DNA of 62,765 bases, the filler included, from Choristocarpus tenellus KU-1152 (taxonomy: Eukaryota; Protista; Phaeophyceae): assembly GCA_964200185.2 (NCBI GenBank). It is 11 parts of 11 records of this genome, joined end to end, with 100 filler letters (N's around TTAATTAATTAA, not from the genome) between each part and the next. Parts side by side here need not be neighbours in the genome. Positions count along the whole stretch, not along the records: positions 26,379 to 29,734 come from CAXNAD020020574.1; positions 29,835 to 35,901 come from CAXNAD020009027.1; positions 36,002 to 43,258 come from CAXNAD020006450.1; 8 more parts are not named here. One strand, 5' to 3'. Each line of letters starts with the position of its first letter. Position 1 is the stretch's first letter. Positions 26,493-37,213 of this stretch are shown in pieces. The position numbers were made by a program, and so were the translations under genes. Below the pieces are notes generated by a model that worked only from the letters and a program-made list of their open reading frames with translations, was not told the DNA's origin and made no database searches.

Positions 26493-27793
26493 ATTGTATC
26501 ACCACAAACCAGTGCAGCCCCTCCGTCACTGACTCACAGCTACCAGCCTATCCTGCGATCAACCAACTTGAACCGCCTTTGTCACTGATTTCCACTCACC
26601 AACCACATCCAATGACCAACCAGTGCGACCCCTTCGCCACTTATTTCCACTCACCGCTACCTTCCACTCCACCATACACCACTCAACACCACTCCACAAT
26701 CACTCAAGAACACCCCTTTATCATCCCCTTCATACCGTTGCCTTTGAACTAGAAGACATCTACCCTGCCCAAACTTGACCTCCCCCCCTCCTGGTTGATG
26801 CCTATTCTAGTTCACAATTGCACCTCCTGCCCTGGTTATACCCAATCCTTCCTACTCTCTACCAGACCCTTCGAAACTCGAACTGGGTCTCTCTGGTTGA
26901 CCCTAACGTATACCATGAACACCCCCAACTTCCATTTCCCCTCCGTCTTTCTATCTCTATTTCATATGCCCCCGTTGGTGCCAACCTTGTGGCTCCCCCT
27001 ATCCTGCCAGAGTGGAGGGCGTACTCCTCCAGACTCAACTTGAGCTCCCCTTGCTATCCTTCTCAGGACACATTTTGCTTGGCCTCTCTTGATCACCTTC
27101 CACTTCTCACCATCCCTCTATCTCATTGGGAGGACATCAGGAGGGAGTTCCGGGAAGCATTCCATGATTGCTACCACCACCTCAACGCCCTCCATGCTGT
27201 CTTCACCCCTTTGCCCTTCCATCTTATACCTTGTCAGCACAGCTCCCTTCCTACCCTACCTTCCTCTCGGCCCTGTGGATGTCACCTCAACCTCGTCCGC
27301 TTGATTTTCTATCCTCCCATCCTAGTCTGACTACTCCTTTTCTCCATACCACACCTCTCCTCCTCACCACAAATTCCCCATGTACCCCCCCCCCCCCTCC
27401 CCTTCCTCCTTTCACTCCCCTTCTCTTACAAGAAAAGAAAAAGAAAAAGAAAACCTCAGCCCTAGCCTTGTTAATTCACCCTCCCTTCCTAGCCTTTCCA
27501 AGCACTCTTTTTCGTTTCTACGATCATCCTCCGTGTCAGGGGTCTCCTCTTCTTTAGACTGGCTGCCCTACTCCTCTTCTTTTTTGTGTGACTCCTACTC
27601 ATACCCTTCAACAAGAACATCATGAAATGTTGTGTTGGAAGTTTAGACACTGTTTGTGGTAGTACTGGACTGCTGAAATCTCACCCTTGATTGAGCCTAC
27701 TTGGTTCCCCTTACTCCCACAGCAGAAATACATACAACTCCGTTAGGGCCTTCACTACATCTAACTCTTGACTCCTAGGGTTCAACCCCCTAC

Positions 27794-29734
27794 TCAATCC
27801 CCTATATGTACGTAACTCAGACCACTGTTCCCAAGCTGTCTCCTAACTCTTCTGAGTGGAACGCGCAGCCTATCCTTTGGCATACACAGCTGCAAGGCAC
27901 TCAAACACACCATCTCCCCTTCCCAACCCAGGGACCGCCCCTGCCAATTGACACACGGACAAAAACATTGGAGGTTAGATTGAATATTATGCCTATGAGC
28001 CAAAGTATCTTAGAGGGTAGAGCCGCATCCATTTAGGGACCAAAATCCAACGTTGCGATTTCGATGTAAATTTGGCTATCGTGTTTGTTAGGAAGTGTCA
28101 ATATCCTTGTTCCGAAGACACATTTTCATAACGTACATAAACATTTTACCTAATCTGAGATATTTTGGAGTAGAAAAATGTCATAAAAACCCCGAAAGAA
28201 ACCAAGCCCCAAATGGACAAACAGGGCAAAACTCGTACCCTCTAAGATACTTTCACTCTATCCCATCTTGATATTCCGTCTGCCAGATCATTCTCCTTTC
28301 CAGGGAAATGTTCTGCTGCAAAAGACCATTCCCCTGCTACTTCTAGCACTCCCATTGTCCTCATCAATCCTCCAGCCCCCCTAACCCTAACCTTAACCAT
28401 AACCCTAACCCTAAACCCCATGCTTACGTAACCAATGCACTGCTGACTTGTTATCCCCTCTCAACAACACCACGGTGTCCTTTCTTCTTTGCCCTACCTC
28501 CTCCCTTCACTACCATCCCCATCATTTCCAATACATTGACTGATATATTCCTTCCCTCCCCTTATATTACACTCTGGGCAATCATACCTCCATCACTCAA
28601 ACGTCTAGATGTTGCAACCTCCTACTGCTGTTAAAACACTCATCTGAGAACCAAGTCGCCACTGGTGGTCTCGCCACAAATCCCAGAAGAGGTGACCTCA
28701 AGCTTTCCCCTTTTTCTGCCATCCCCCACTCTGCTACCGACCTCCACCAATACAAGACTTCTTTGAATTCTCTACCTATCCTGACCTCTGTTTTCTCTGA
28801 CCACTACCGTAGGCTATCCTACTCAGTCAACCCCCCTTTGGTATATAACCCCAACAGATACACCATCTGCCAAAGGAAGAATCGTCTTGTTTGTGTAACA
28901 TAAGACATGTGAAAATGTTTCCCTATCAGTAAACACATCCCACACATCCCACACATCCCACACCCTTGCCACTGCCGTCAACTCGGTCCACTCCTCTAGC
29001 AATCCCTTCAATCTCCCTGATTTTCCTTCTGGAACACAGATTATTGTGGCCTCAGTATCTATCTTCCACCCTACTACTACTACTACTACTTGTGGTATGC
29101 CACCCTCTCGGCTTTTTAGCTGACAAGATGGGGCATTCCTCTACCTGCCTATAACCTGGCAGTCATATATGGTCAGACCCTAAGGAATTTGTTCCCAGCC
29201 TCAATCTCCGCCCATACCTAAACCATTCGCTCTCCTCATCCGCATACATACTAGCAAAAAGAAAAGTCATCTACCCCCCCCCCCCCACACACACACACAC
29301 ACAACTTCTGGAACCTCAGATGTCTCATTTAACTCACATATATTCCTCCTATCTGTGAGGAATGTGTCACACTTGCAGTAGTTCATTTGGCTTCAGGTAC
29401 CTTGGCTGCAGAGAGTGGATTTGTTTTGCAATAGGAGAATTCTAGAGCGCTTGTCATTAGGTCCCACCATTCCAGGCTACTCCTCAAACCAAATTGAAGC
29501 CTTGAGTCTATCACCATGACATGTTCAACACAGTACCCCAACCTAGCTGCCCCCTTTGGTTCAACTGGTACCTGGCAAAAGGCATCCTTAACATCCATAT
29601 CACTATACTAACCCTAACCCTCGGGGAAGTTCTTCTCTAAGTATACTATCCCCTTGATCGCACCTCCCAACACAGGGCCACAATGGGCAGGGGAGGGCAT
29701 CTTTGCAAAAGAGAGCTACTCAAATAGAGTATTT
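27794..29734 (-). mobile_element. Degenerate DIRS/Ngaro-like (tyrosine-recombinase) retrotransposon, RT-RNase H relic
   Basis: RT-like MDVKDAFCQVPV...DSRLQFGLRSSLEWW (29383-29598). RNase H-like ISVNVLEMMGMVV, LRGDNKSAVHW, AEHFPGKENDLADGISRW, continuing as RHNIQSNL after the MITE. Many stops and frameshifts. Confidence 0.75.
27997..28258. mobile_element. MITE family B, full copy inserted in the DIRS relic
   Basis: TIRs GAGCCAAAGTATCTTAGAGGGTA and TACCCTCTAAGATACTTTCACTC; TAT/TAT duplication. Removing the element plus one TAT restores the host frame (R-W-D-R-H-N). Confidence 0.92.
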
Positions 29735-30196
29735 NNNNNNNNNNNNNNNNNNNNNNNNNNNNNNNNNNNNNNNNNNNNTTAATTAATTAANNNNNNNNNN
29801 NNNNNNNNNNNNNNNNNNNNNNNNNNNNNNNNNNAAACATTGTAAGTGTGGAAACCACTAATCAGTTACTTCACCACTATCAAATATTGTACTACTGTAT
29901 TCCATTACTACAGTCTCATTGGAGAAGGAAAATCTTCGATTACAATACAGACCTCATACACACATATGTATATAGTTTTCATTGTTTCCTCCTGACACAT
30001 CTGCAAAATGTCAGAGGGCATAATAATAAAAATACAGACCTCAAAAAGGAACTTCAAACGGTTATACGGTACAAAAGACACAGCGCTACACGGTATGATA
30101 ACTACAAACCCTCATTTTCACAAACCAAAAATACAACTTCCGAGTACAACGGAAAACTACCCCTTAAAGTGGTTCGTGGGCTAGATTTTGTGTGCA

Positions 30197-31885
30197 ATGA
30201 AGGGCATGACTGAGGTCACACCCTTCAGCACAACCAAAGAGACTGTCCTCCCCCATGACTCCAATCTTTACCCCGGGGATCGGTATCGGAAGGAGAGGCG
30301 TGCTCTTCGTTTGATGACATCCTCGCGTGCATTGAAGTTGGACATGATTCTTCAAAAACACCTTGATGACATTGATTCAAGATGGAAAAGTCACGACGCT
30401 GAGTGGGACAGTCTGAATAGGAACATGAAAGCGTTTGGGGTGGAGAGGATTCCTCGTGATGGACCCAACCTCATTGGGCTCAATGTAGGGGGGGTGCAGT
30501 TCTGTGTCCCTCGACTCCTAGCCCAGACTCATATGTCGGGTCTCACTTCTCTGTTGGAGCTTGACTGGGGCGACAATATTTCCCGCGATGCCTCTGGTAA
30601 TGTCTTCCTTGACCTCTCAGCGTATTGCTTTGAGAAACTCATCGACACATTGACGCTCATGAAGTCGCAGGAGGCACGGATTAAGGAGAGTAGTTTCCCT
30701 GCCCTAATGGTGGAAAGCGATCAGGCCAAAACTTTTGGCTATCTATTTGACCTTTTCAGCCTCACGTACTTGACTGTTGGAAGAGATGTGGGGGGTCCTA
30801 GGAGCTCATTGTTAGAGTCCCATAATGGGAACTGGAAGAAATTAGTTCTAGACCAGTGCCCAGGTATGCCTGTGGGGCTGCGGCTCATCCAAAAGGGTTC
30901 AGCTTATGATAAGTTTGAATATACTCATCAGCAATTTGGTTCATGGCCTCTGACTTTGACGTTGTTTCGATGTGGGAAGACAGTATATGGATGGGTTGGA
31001 TGTTGGAGCGGCGAAACTGCTCCTACTGATGATACCGGCTCTAAAAGTTCCAAGGTTCCATTCTTCATGAAATCAGCCGCGGGTAGACTTATTTCAGTTG
31101 GGCCTGCGATGGTCGAGTACGTCGGCGATCGTTTCTGTTGCATCAAAGTGTGTAAGGAAAACTCCAACCTTCTCATTAACGAAAAGGGCTTATGGGAAGG
31201 CGTACGTAATCGGGCAAGAAAGGACGAACGCCTTCACACTACCATGGACGAAATCTTAAAGGTCGAAATCCTTCCCACTACCATCGACGAGTTTGAAATC
31301 TTCGAGCCTGTGACGGCAGCTGTATTGCCATCTTCTTCCTCAGATCTGGCTAAGCAATCTAGCCTTGACGAAGATACAGAGATGCACAAACTTCTCGCTG
31401 ATTCCCTGCGTCATGAACAGTCTGCTCTGCAAAATGCTTGCGCCGACCTGGACCATGTCGTCAATACACTACAGGAAGCTAAGCGACTTCAGACCGTCAT
31501 GTTTGGATCTGGAGTAGAAGAAACGATTGTGGAGTTGAATGTCCAGGGCAGGATCATGTCAACTCTACGATCTACTCTACAGCTCTGTCCAGAGTCAGCC
31601 CTATCAGCCAGGTTCAACGAGGAGAGGTGGCCACCAACACAAAAAGATCTTGATAGGCATGGTCGTCATATCCTCAACTGCAACCACGTGTGCTTTGAGA
31701 AAATACTGGATGTGTTAAGGATGCGCAAGGGAAAAAGTCAAATACAAATGAGATGGGAGAGGTGGGCACCATCCTTCATGTGTGTTGGGGTGAAACTGCA
31801 AGATAAGGGGGCCTTTCAGGAGCTTGTGGATATGTACTTCCCAGGGTGCCAATCCTTCATCATGGAGTTTGTGGAGTTTAAATAG
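30197..31885 (+). CDS. Intronless protein with two KCTD-type BTB/POZ (K+ channel tetramerisation-like) domains flanking a degenerate TLDc-like region
   Basis: Uninterrupted ORF of about 562 aa. BTB1: IGLNVGG...RDASGNVFLDLSAYCFEKLIDTL. BTB2: IVELNVQGRIMSTLRSTLQLCPESALSARF...CFEKILDVLR. The middle has LRLIQKGS...LTLTLFRCGKTVYGW...IDEFEIF. Confidence 0.85.
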   Translation: MKGMTEVTPFSTTKETVLPHDSNLYPGDRYRKERRALRLMTSSRALKLDMILQKHLDDIDSRWKSHDAEWDSLNRNMKAFGVERIPRDGPNLIGLNVGGVQFCVPRLLAQTHMSGLTSLLELDWGDNISRDASGNVFLDLSAYCFEKLIDTLTLMKSQEARIKESSFPALMVESDQAKTFGYLFDLFSLTYLTVGRDVGGPRSSLLESHNGNWKKLVLDQCPGMPVGLRLIQKGSAYDKFEYTHQQFGSWPLTLTLFRCGKTVYGWVGCWSGETAPTDDTGSKSSKVPFFMKSAAGRLISVGPAMVEYVGDRFCCIKVCKENSNLLINEKGLWEGVRNRARKDERLHTTMDEILKVEILPTTIDEFEIFEPVTAAVLPSSSSDLAKQSSLDEDTEMHKLLADSLRHEQSALQNACADLDHVVNTLQEAKRLQTVMFGSGVEETIVELNVQGRIMSTLRSTLQLCPESALSARFNEERWPPTQKDLDRHGRHILNCNHVCFEKILDVLRMRKGKSQIQMRWERWAPSFMCVGVKLQDKGAFQELVDMYFPGCQSFIMEFVEFK

Positions 31886-32502
31886 GCCTGCGAAGGAAGT
31901 GATGCGTCGCCTCGGTCAGGTGGGTTTCTGCTTGTCCCAAGGAAGATTGTGCTTGTAGAATGCTCTGGATAAAACAGTAGCCTAGCCTTGTGAATATATT
32001 TCATGTGGAGTCACACTGAGCCAATGTAAATGAGAGATACCCCCACAGGCAGGTTTTGGCTGTTCTTGCGTTTTGGAAGTTTTCGCGATTCGCAGATATT
32101 TATATGGATGAAGTTTTTAAAGCTGTGGACTATGAGATTGTTTTTTTTCTCCATAATTCGAAAGCTTTTTTGAAACGGTTCAGAGAAATTATCGTGTTAC
32201 ACATTTGTAAAAAAAAGAAGTCAGATTTTACATGTATTTGTCAGTGGTGTTCTTGAAATGCAACTCTCTGGGTACCCCCTTTTGTTTGCTTTGACTCACT
32301 CTCAAATACACCACGGAAAAACAGGCACTGAGGGATAATATTCAAGTACACTGGTATGTATATACCTGGACGGTTAAGTGTGAGTGATGGGGCTCTCACC
32401 CCGGAAAGGTGGAACGTGACAGCTTTCTCCTTGAGACAGAGTTCATTTTTTTTGTGGGATGCCTAGTAGATCTACCTCTTCATGCATTCCTTTTTGTGTA
32501 GA

Positions 32503-32630
32503 GGCTCAAAGTATCTGGGGGGGGTGGCAGCTGTCCATTCGGGCCCCATTTTTTCATGTCGTGAATTTTGGGTGATTTGGTTACATGCATCGGATGGATA
32601 ATATAAGGGCACTTCTCCTAGTCATGGCAC
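32503..32630. mobile_element. MITE family A, truncated copy
   Basis: GGCTCAAAGTATCTGGGGGGGGTGGCAGCTGTCCATT plus the internal family A body. Confidence 0.8.
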
Positions 32631-33892
32631 GAATATGGAACCTGTCCAATCGAATCGCAGTGGAAATAGAGCTGGTCCTTACAAGTAGTCTGTACTCCAA
32701 ATATGTCCAAGGCAGGTCCTAGGAAAAAAGATATGTTGTGTTGGTGCTTGTCACGTTGTGGACAGTTGTTGGCTGAGAGCAACAGCTAGAGCTGTGGTCT
32801 AGTTAGTACAGTGTTGGGATTTGTCGCACGCATTACGCTCTGTCCATGCTGTCATTTGTGAGCTAAAAAGGTCATCCATGGATCCTATCGACATCAGATA
32901 TATCCTTTTAGCTTCTCCCGTAGAAATTTCTTTTGTGTTCTGTGTATCACAATCCCTTGAGGTGTGCGTGAGATACTGTCTGCAAACCTAATTAGTTCCA
33001 CAAATGGTCAACATGTGTGAACGCCGAGTTCATAACCTTACATATATATCAACTTGTCTATTCAAACGATTTGTCCCCCTCTGTGCTGTACTTCCACCTA
33101 CTGCAGTATATCGTGATGGGGACACAAAGATTAGCCCATAATGATGGGAGCCACTTCTTGGCACAGACCGATGATGAACATGATCGGCTTGGTGTGAGCA
33201 ATTGGAGTATATCATGAGTGTACCAAAGCGGTTACATGTGGAGATACAACTACTGGGGTGTGATTGCCGGGATTCTTGCTCCCTTGAGGTACACGTTCAA
33301 ATGTAGATTGATGAAAGATTTTGAATATTGTACTTACATGTTTGAAGTGAACAGGAGGGCATCTGTAGTGCTGGAGGAGCAGTTCACGGATTTCATAAAG
33401 CTGCGAAACCTGTGAGATTGTGACCCAAGTGATCCCTTGACGAATGCTACTTTGTCCTTGTTTTCACTGTGTGGTGATACAGTTGTGTACGTGGTTAGCG
33501 TTAGGAGGAGTAATGCTGATGTGTTTGAGCAGGCTTGTAAGAAACGGGATGGACTCTATTAGAAGTAATTGAGTCTTTCTGAGGGGAAAATACTCTACAT
33601 ATGTGTAGGGCGACCCTGTATCTGTGTATTGTATTGGTTGCAAGAGCATAACAAGAGTACTAGGGTGAGGAAAGCAGAAGAAAAAAAGGGGAGAAAGAAC
33701 CTTCTCGTGTCTCCTGTCCTCCTCTTCTGCATAGTGCGTATATTTGTTGAAACAAATCTGTGTGTCTACACTTGTGAATCTTCTGACGTCTGTGAGTGGC
33801 CATGTGCGTGTATTGCATTTACAAACGAGTTGTTTGTAGTAGTGCAAGTAGTGTGTCGAATGAATGGTATAGTCCAATCAAAACCTGTAGCA

Positions 33893-34151
33893 GAGTGAAA
33901 GTATCTTAGAGGATACGAGGTTTTCCCTGTTTGTCCATTTGTGGCTTGGCTTCCCATGGGTTCTTTTATGGCATTTTCCTACTCCAAAATGTTTCGGAGT
34001 AGATAAAATGTATACGTTGTGAAAAGGTGTGTCCAGAACAAGGATATTGACACTTCCTAACAAATACGATGGCCAAAATTACATCAAAATCGCAACATTG
34101 GATTTTGGCCGCCAAATGGACTTGGCTTTATTCTCTAAGGTACTTTGGCTC
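33893..34151. mobile_element. MITE family B, full copy
   Basis: GAG...CTC TIRs with the AAAGTA core; AGCA/AGCA 4-bp duplication. Confidence 0.88.
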
Positions 34152-35178
34152 AGCAAGGTATCTTATATTTCATGAGGGGGAACTCTAACTTAGCATCTTC
34201 TACACGAGGCCTTACCATGACTTGGTATCCGTCTGAACAAAGCACGCCGTAGTTCAAACGTTCAGACAGTAGAGAGTATTTGACTCGAGTATTTGACATC
34301 TGAATGTTCTGCTATGCTGTAATGGGGTGCCCTGTTCATGTCTTGACAATGAGTTTTGTGTACCATTTGCACCTCGGGCTAGCAAGCATTTCGTTGTGCA
34401 TTCTTGGAGAGTACTTGGTTTCCAGGGTGGAGGTTCATGTGTCTTGAATTATAATCGTAGCTAGGACGTCACGAACAACCACACAGGTTTGTTGTATATT
34501 TGGATGTGTAGAGATCAAACCAATTGCCGTTTGACAAGTTTGGCTGCTTTGGTGTTGTAAAAGAGTCTCTTCACCTAGTACAATGCCACACCAGACTGAC
34601 TCAAGAAGTGCACATTAAGTGCCATCGACCACGAAGAGAGGTGGGAGTGAAATGATAAGGGCAAGGGAGAGAAGACCGAGAGGAACATATTGTACATTGT
34701 ATTCTGATATCGGTTTGAATCTCGTGCTGGAGATAGATTTATCGTAGAGTGATACATCAAATATCTGATTGTCCTATCATGTGTAGTATGGACTTTTTAG
34801 TGGAGGTTAGTGATGTCCAGAGCAAGTGTAGAGGGTGCATGTAAGCTAAGTACTACTGAAATACTACTTTGTTTGGTTTGTGGAGTAGGAACAGGTTACT
34901 GCAGCACTGTATGTGCTCTCTGTGTTTAACCAACACCCCTCATAGAACCTGACTGAAATTCAGATATTCCGATCATCTTCAGAGACAACGGATGCCACTA
35001 TTCATTATTTTTCTCAACAATCCTTGCCAAGCAGATGGCGAACTACTGGTGCTGACTGCACCATTGAGCTGATGTCCTGTCCCTCAAATAGTTTTTCGAG
35101 TGGTGAGTGTAGCAACATTATGTTCTACTACCGTTATGCTTGTTTTCCTAATCCTCTTGCTGGTTACTAGTAGGTTGG

Positions 35179-35391
35179 ACACCGCTCAACCTGTGCCTGG
35201 ACTTCAAGCACAGCCAAGTCAATCACCGAAACCAAACGTTTGTATCCACCAACACATCTCACGCCACCACCTTATCAGTTACCTGTAGTTTGAACACCGC
35301 TCAACCTGTGCCTGGACTTCAAGTATGACCAAGTGAATCACCAAAACTAAACGTTTGTATCTGCCAACACGTCTCACACCACCACCTCATC
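35179..35391. repeat. 115-bp tandem duplication (2 copies)
   Basis: ACACCGCTCAACCTGTGCCTGGACTTCAAG starts at both 35179 and 35294. Confidence 0.9.
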
Positions 35392-36431
35392 TCCCTCCTC
35401 GTCCCTCCTTGCCACCTTCGACCCAGTAGTTGAAGAAAGGTGGATGCTGCAAACACTGCAAGTTGACCTTTAATTACTGGCAAATGCCCTGTGAAGTAGT
35501 TGTGGTGGATGACAACACGCTATGGCTGATGAAAAGACTCAGGTGAAGCATATTCAGAGTATTACAATGGATCTCTAGTAGATATGATGAGCACCTGATA
35601 CGCTTCTGACATGTTGTGTATTGTTTTGTAGTATGATAAGGATCCAGTTTCTCCTTTTTTCTCAATGTGTAGTTACGGCAACGTAGTGAGCACCTAATAT
35701 GTTGAGGAAAGAGTTTGTTATGAACATAAGTTGTAAATGCTGTTGAGAAGCTTGACGCACATGAGGCTCATCGCCGGAAGCTAGCTGTTGAATTACATGG
35801 TAAAGCACACACTGAATTATTAATTGCCTGTCAACCATCCATCATCACTGATTTGTGGATTAATGTTGACTTATTGTATTTTATATACGTACGTACTCTG
35901 TNNNNNNNNNNNNNNNNNNNNNNNNNNNNNNNNNNNNNNNNNNNNTTAATTAATTAANNNNNNNNNNNNNNNNNNNNNNNNNNNNNNNNNNNNNNNNNNN
36001 NGTTGGATTTGAAATATAACAAAAAAGAAGAATTGTTTAACTGAAACGGACACCCCCACAAAACCCCCCCCCCCCCAGATACATTGACCCTCTGAAATAT
36101 AATGATAGAACAATAAAATAATTCATTTCAATATTAAAATCCCAAGAAAGAACATTAAGCAAAGATGTGTTTCCCAAATAAAAACTTGCCTAGGTCTTTG
36201 ATTCACTGTGAATTGCCTCTGTGTTTGAGACTTTGTAGACGAAGAGGATAATCAAGTTGGGGTTACCTCCGTAGATAACTAACCTCATTGTGAGCATTCA
36301 AGTAACTGAGACTACAATGGTCTCTTACCAATGGTGACGGCTCCTGCCTCAAGTGGACAAAGTTTACAGCTTGGATCCATTCTGGTGTGCTTGATTGAGA
36401 CTATGAACCACAACATCAAGTAGGAGAAGAG

Positions 36432-36593
36432 CTTTTTATTTCCCATCAAACTATTAACATTAGGGTTAGGGTTAGGGTCAAATTATTAACATTCTTTTTT
36501 ATTTCCCACCAAACTATTAACTTTCTTTTTATTTCCCACTAAACTATTAACACTATTAACATTCTTTTTATTTCCCACAAAACTCTTAACATT
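36432..36593. repeat. ~30-bp minisatellite (5 units) with one unit partly replaced by TTAGGG repeats
   Basis: Unit CTTTTTATTTCCCAYYAAACTATTAACATT; unit 2 reads AGGGTTAGGGTTAGGG-TCAAATTATTAACATT. Confidence 0.85.
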
Positions 36594-37213
36594 TCGGCAC
36601 CTTTCCCTAACCCTAACCCTCCCAAAAGACCCATAGCAAAAAAATATACAGTATGGTATAAATACTAGAGAAGTGTACACACAAAATAGGTCCAATCAAA
36701 TATTTAGCAACACATTTTCCTAATATTATAATGCTATGTTGCTAATATAAAATATTACAAAATACTATTTTGTATTAACTATTCAAATAACTTACCACTG
36801 GTACCAATTCAATAATCACCTCCAATTAATAAATGCTACACTTGTCAATCAGCTTTTAAAAGCATATTATGTATCATATCAGATCATATCAGATTATACC
36901 TAACCCTACCACACAGTACCATATTATACCAATCATACAGAATAAATTTGGTCTGTCAAGACTAGTCATCACACCACCTGTGGACATGTAAATTACATAG
37001 ATTTGCTATACTGTGTCTTGAATTAAAAAAATAAAAATCCACAAGTGCAAGTTTTGAAGAAACTTAGGGTTAGGGTTAGAACTTATCAACACAGAAATAT
37101 TTCCCCAAAACGTGTACTGTGTTGAACATGAACATACCCTATATAACAAGGGCTAGGGGCTGTTAAAGAAAAATTAGGGACGATACAAAACTATGTCGGT
37201 AAGTCTGATTCAC

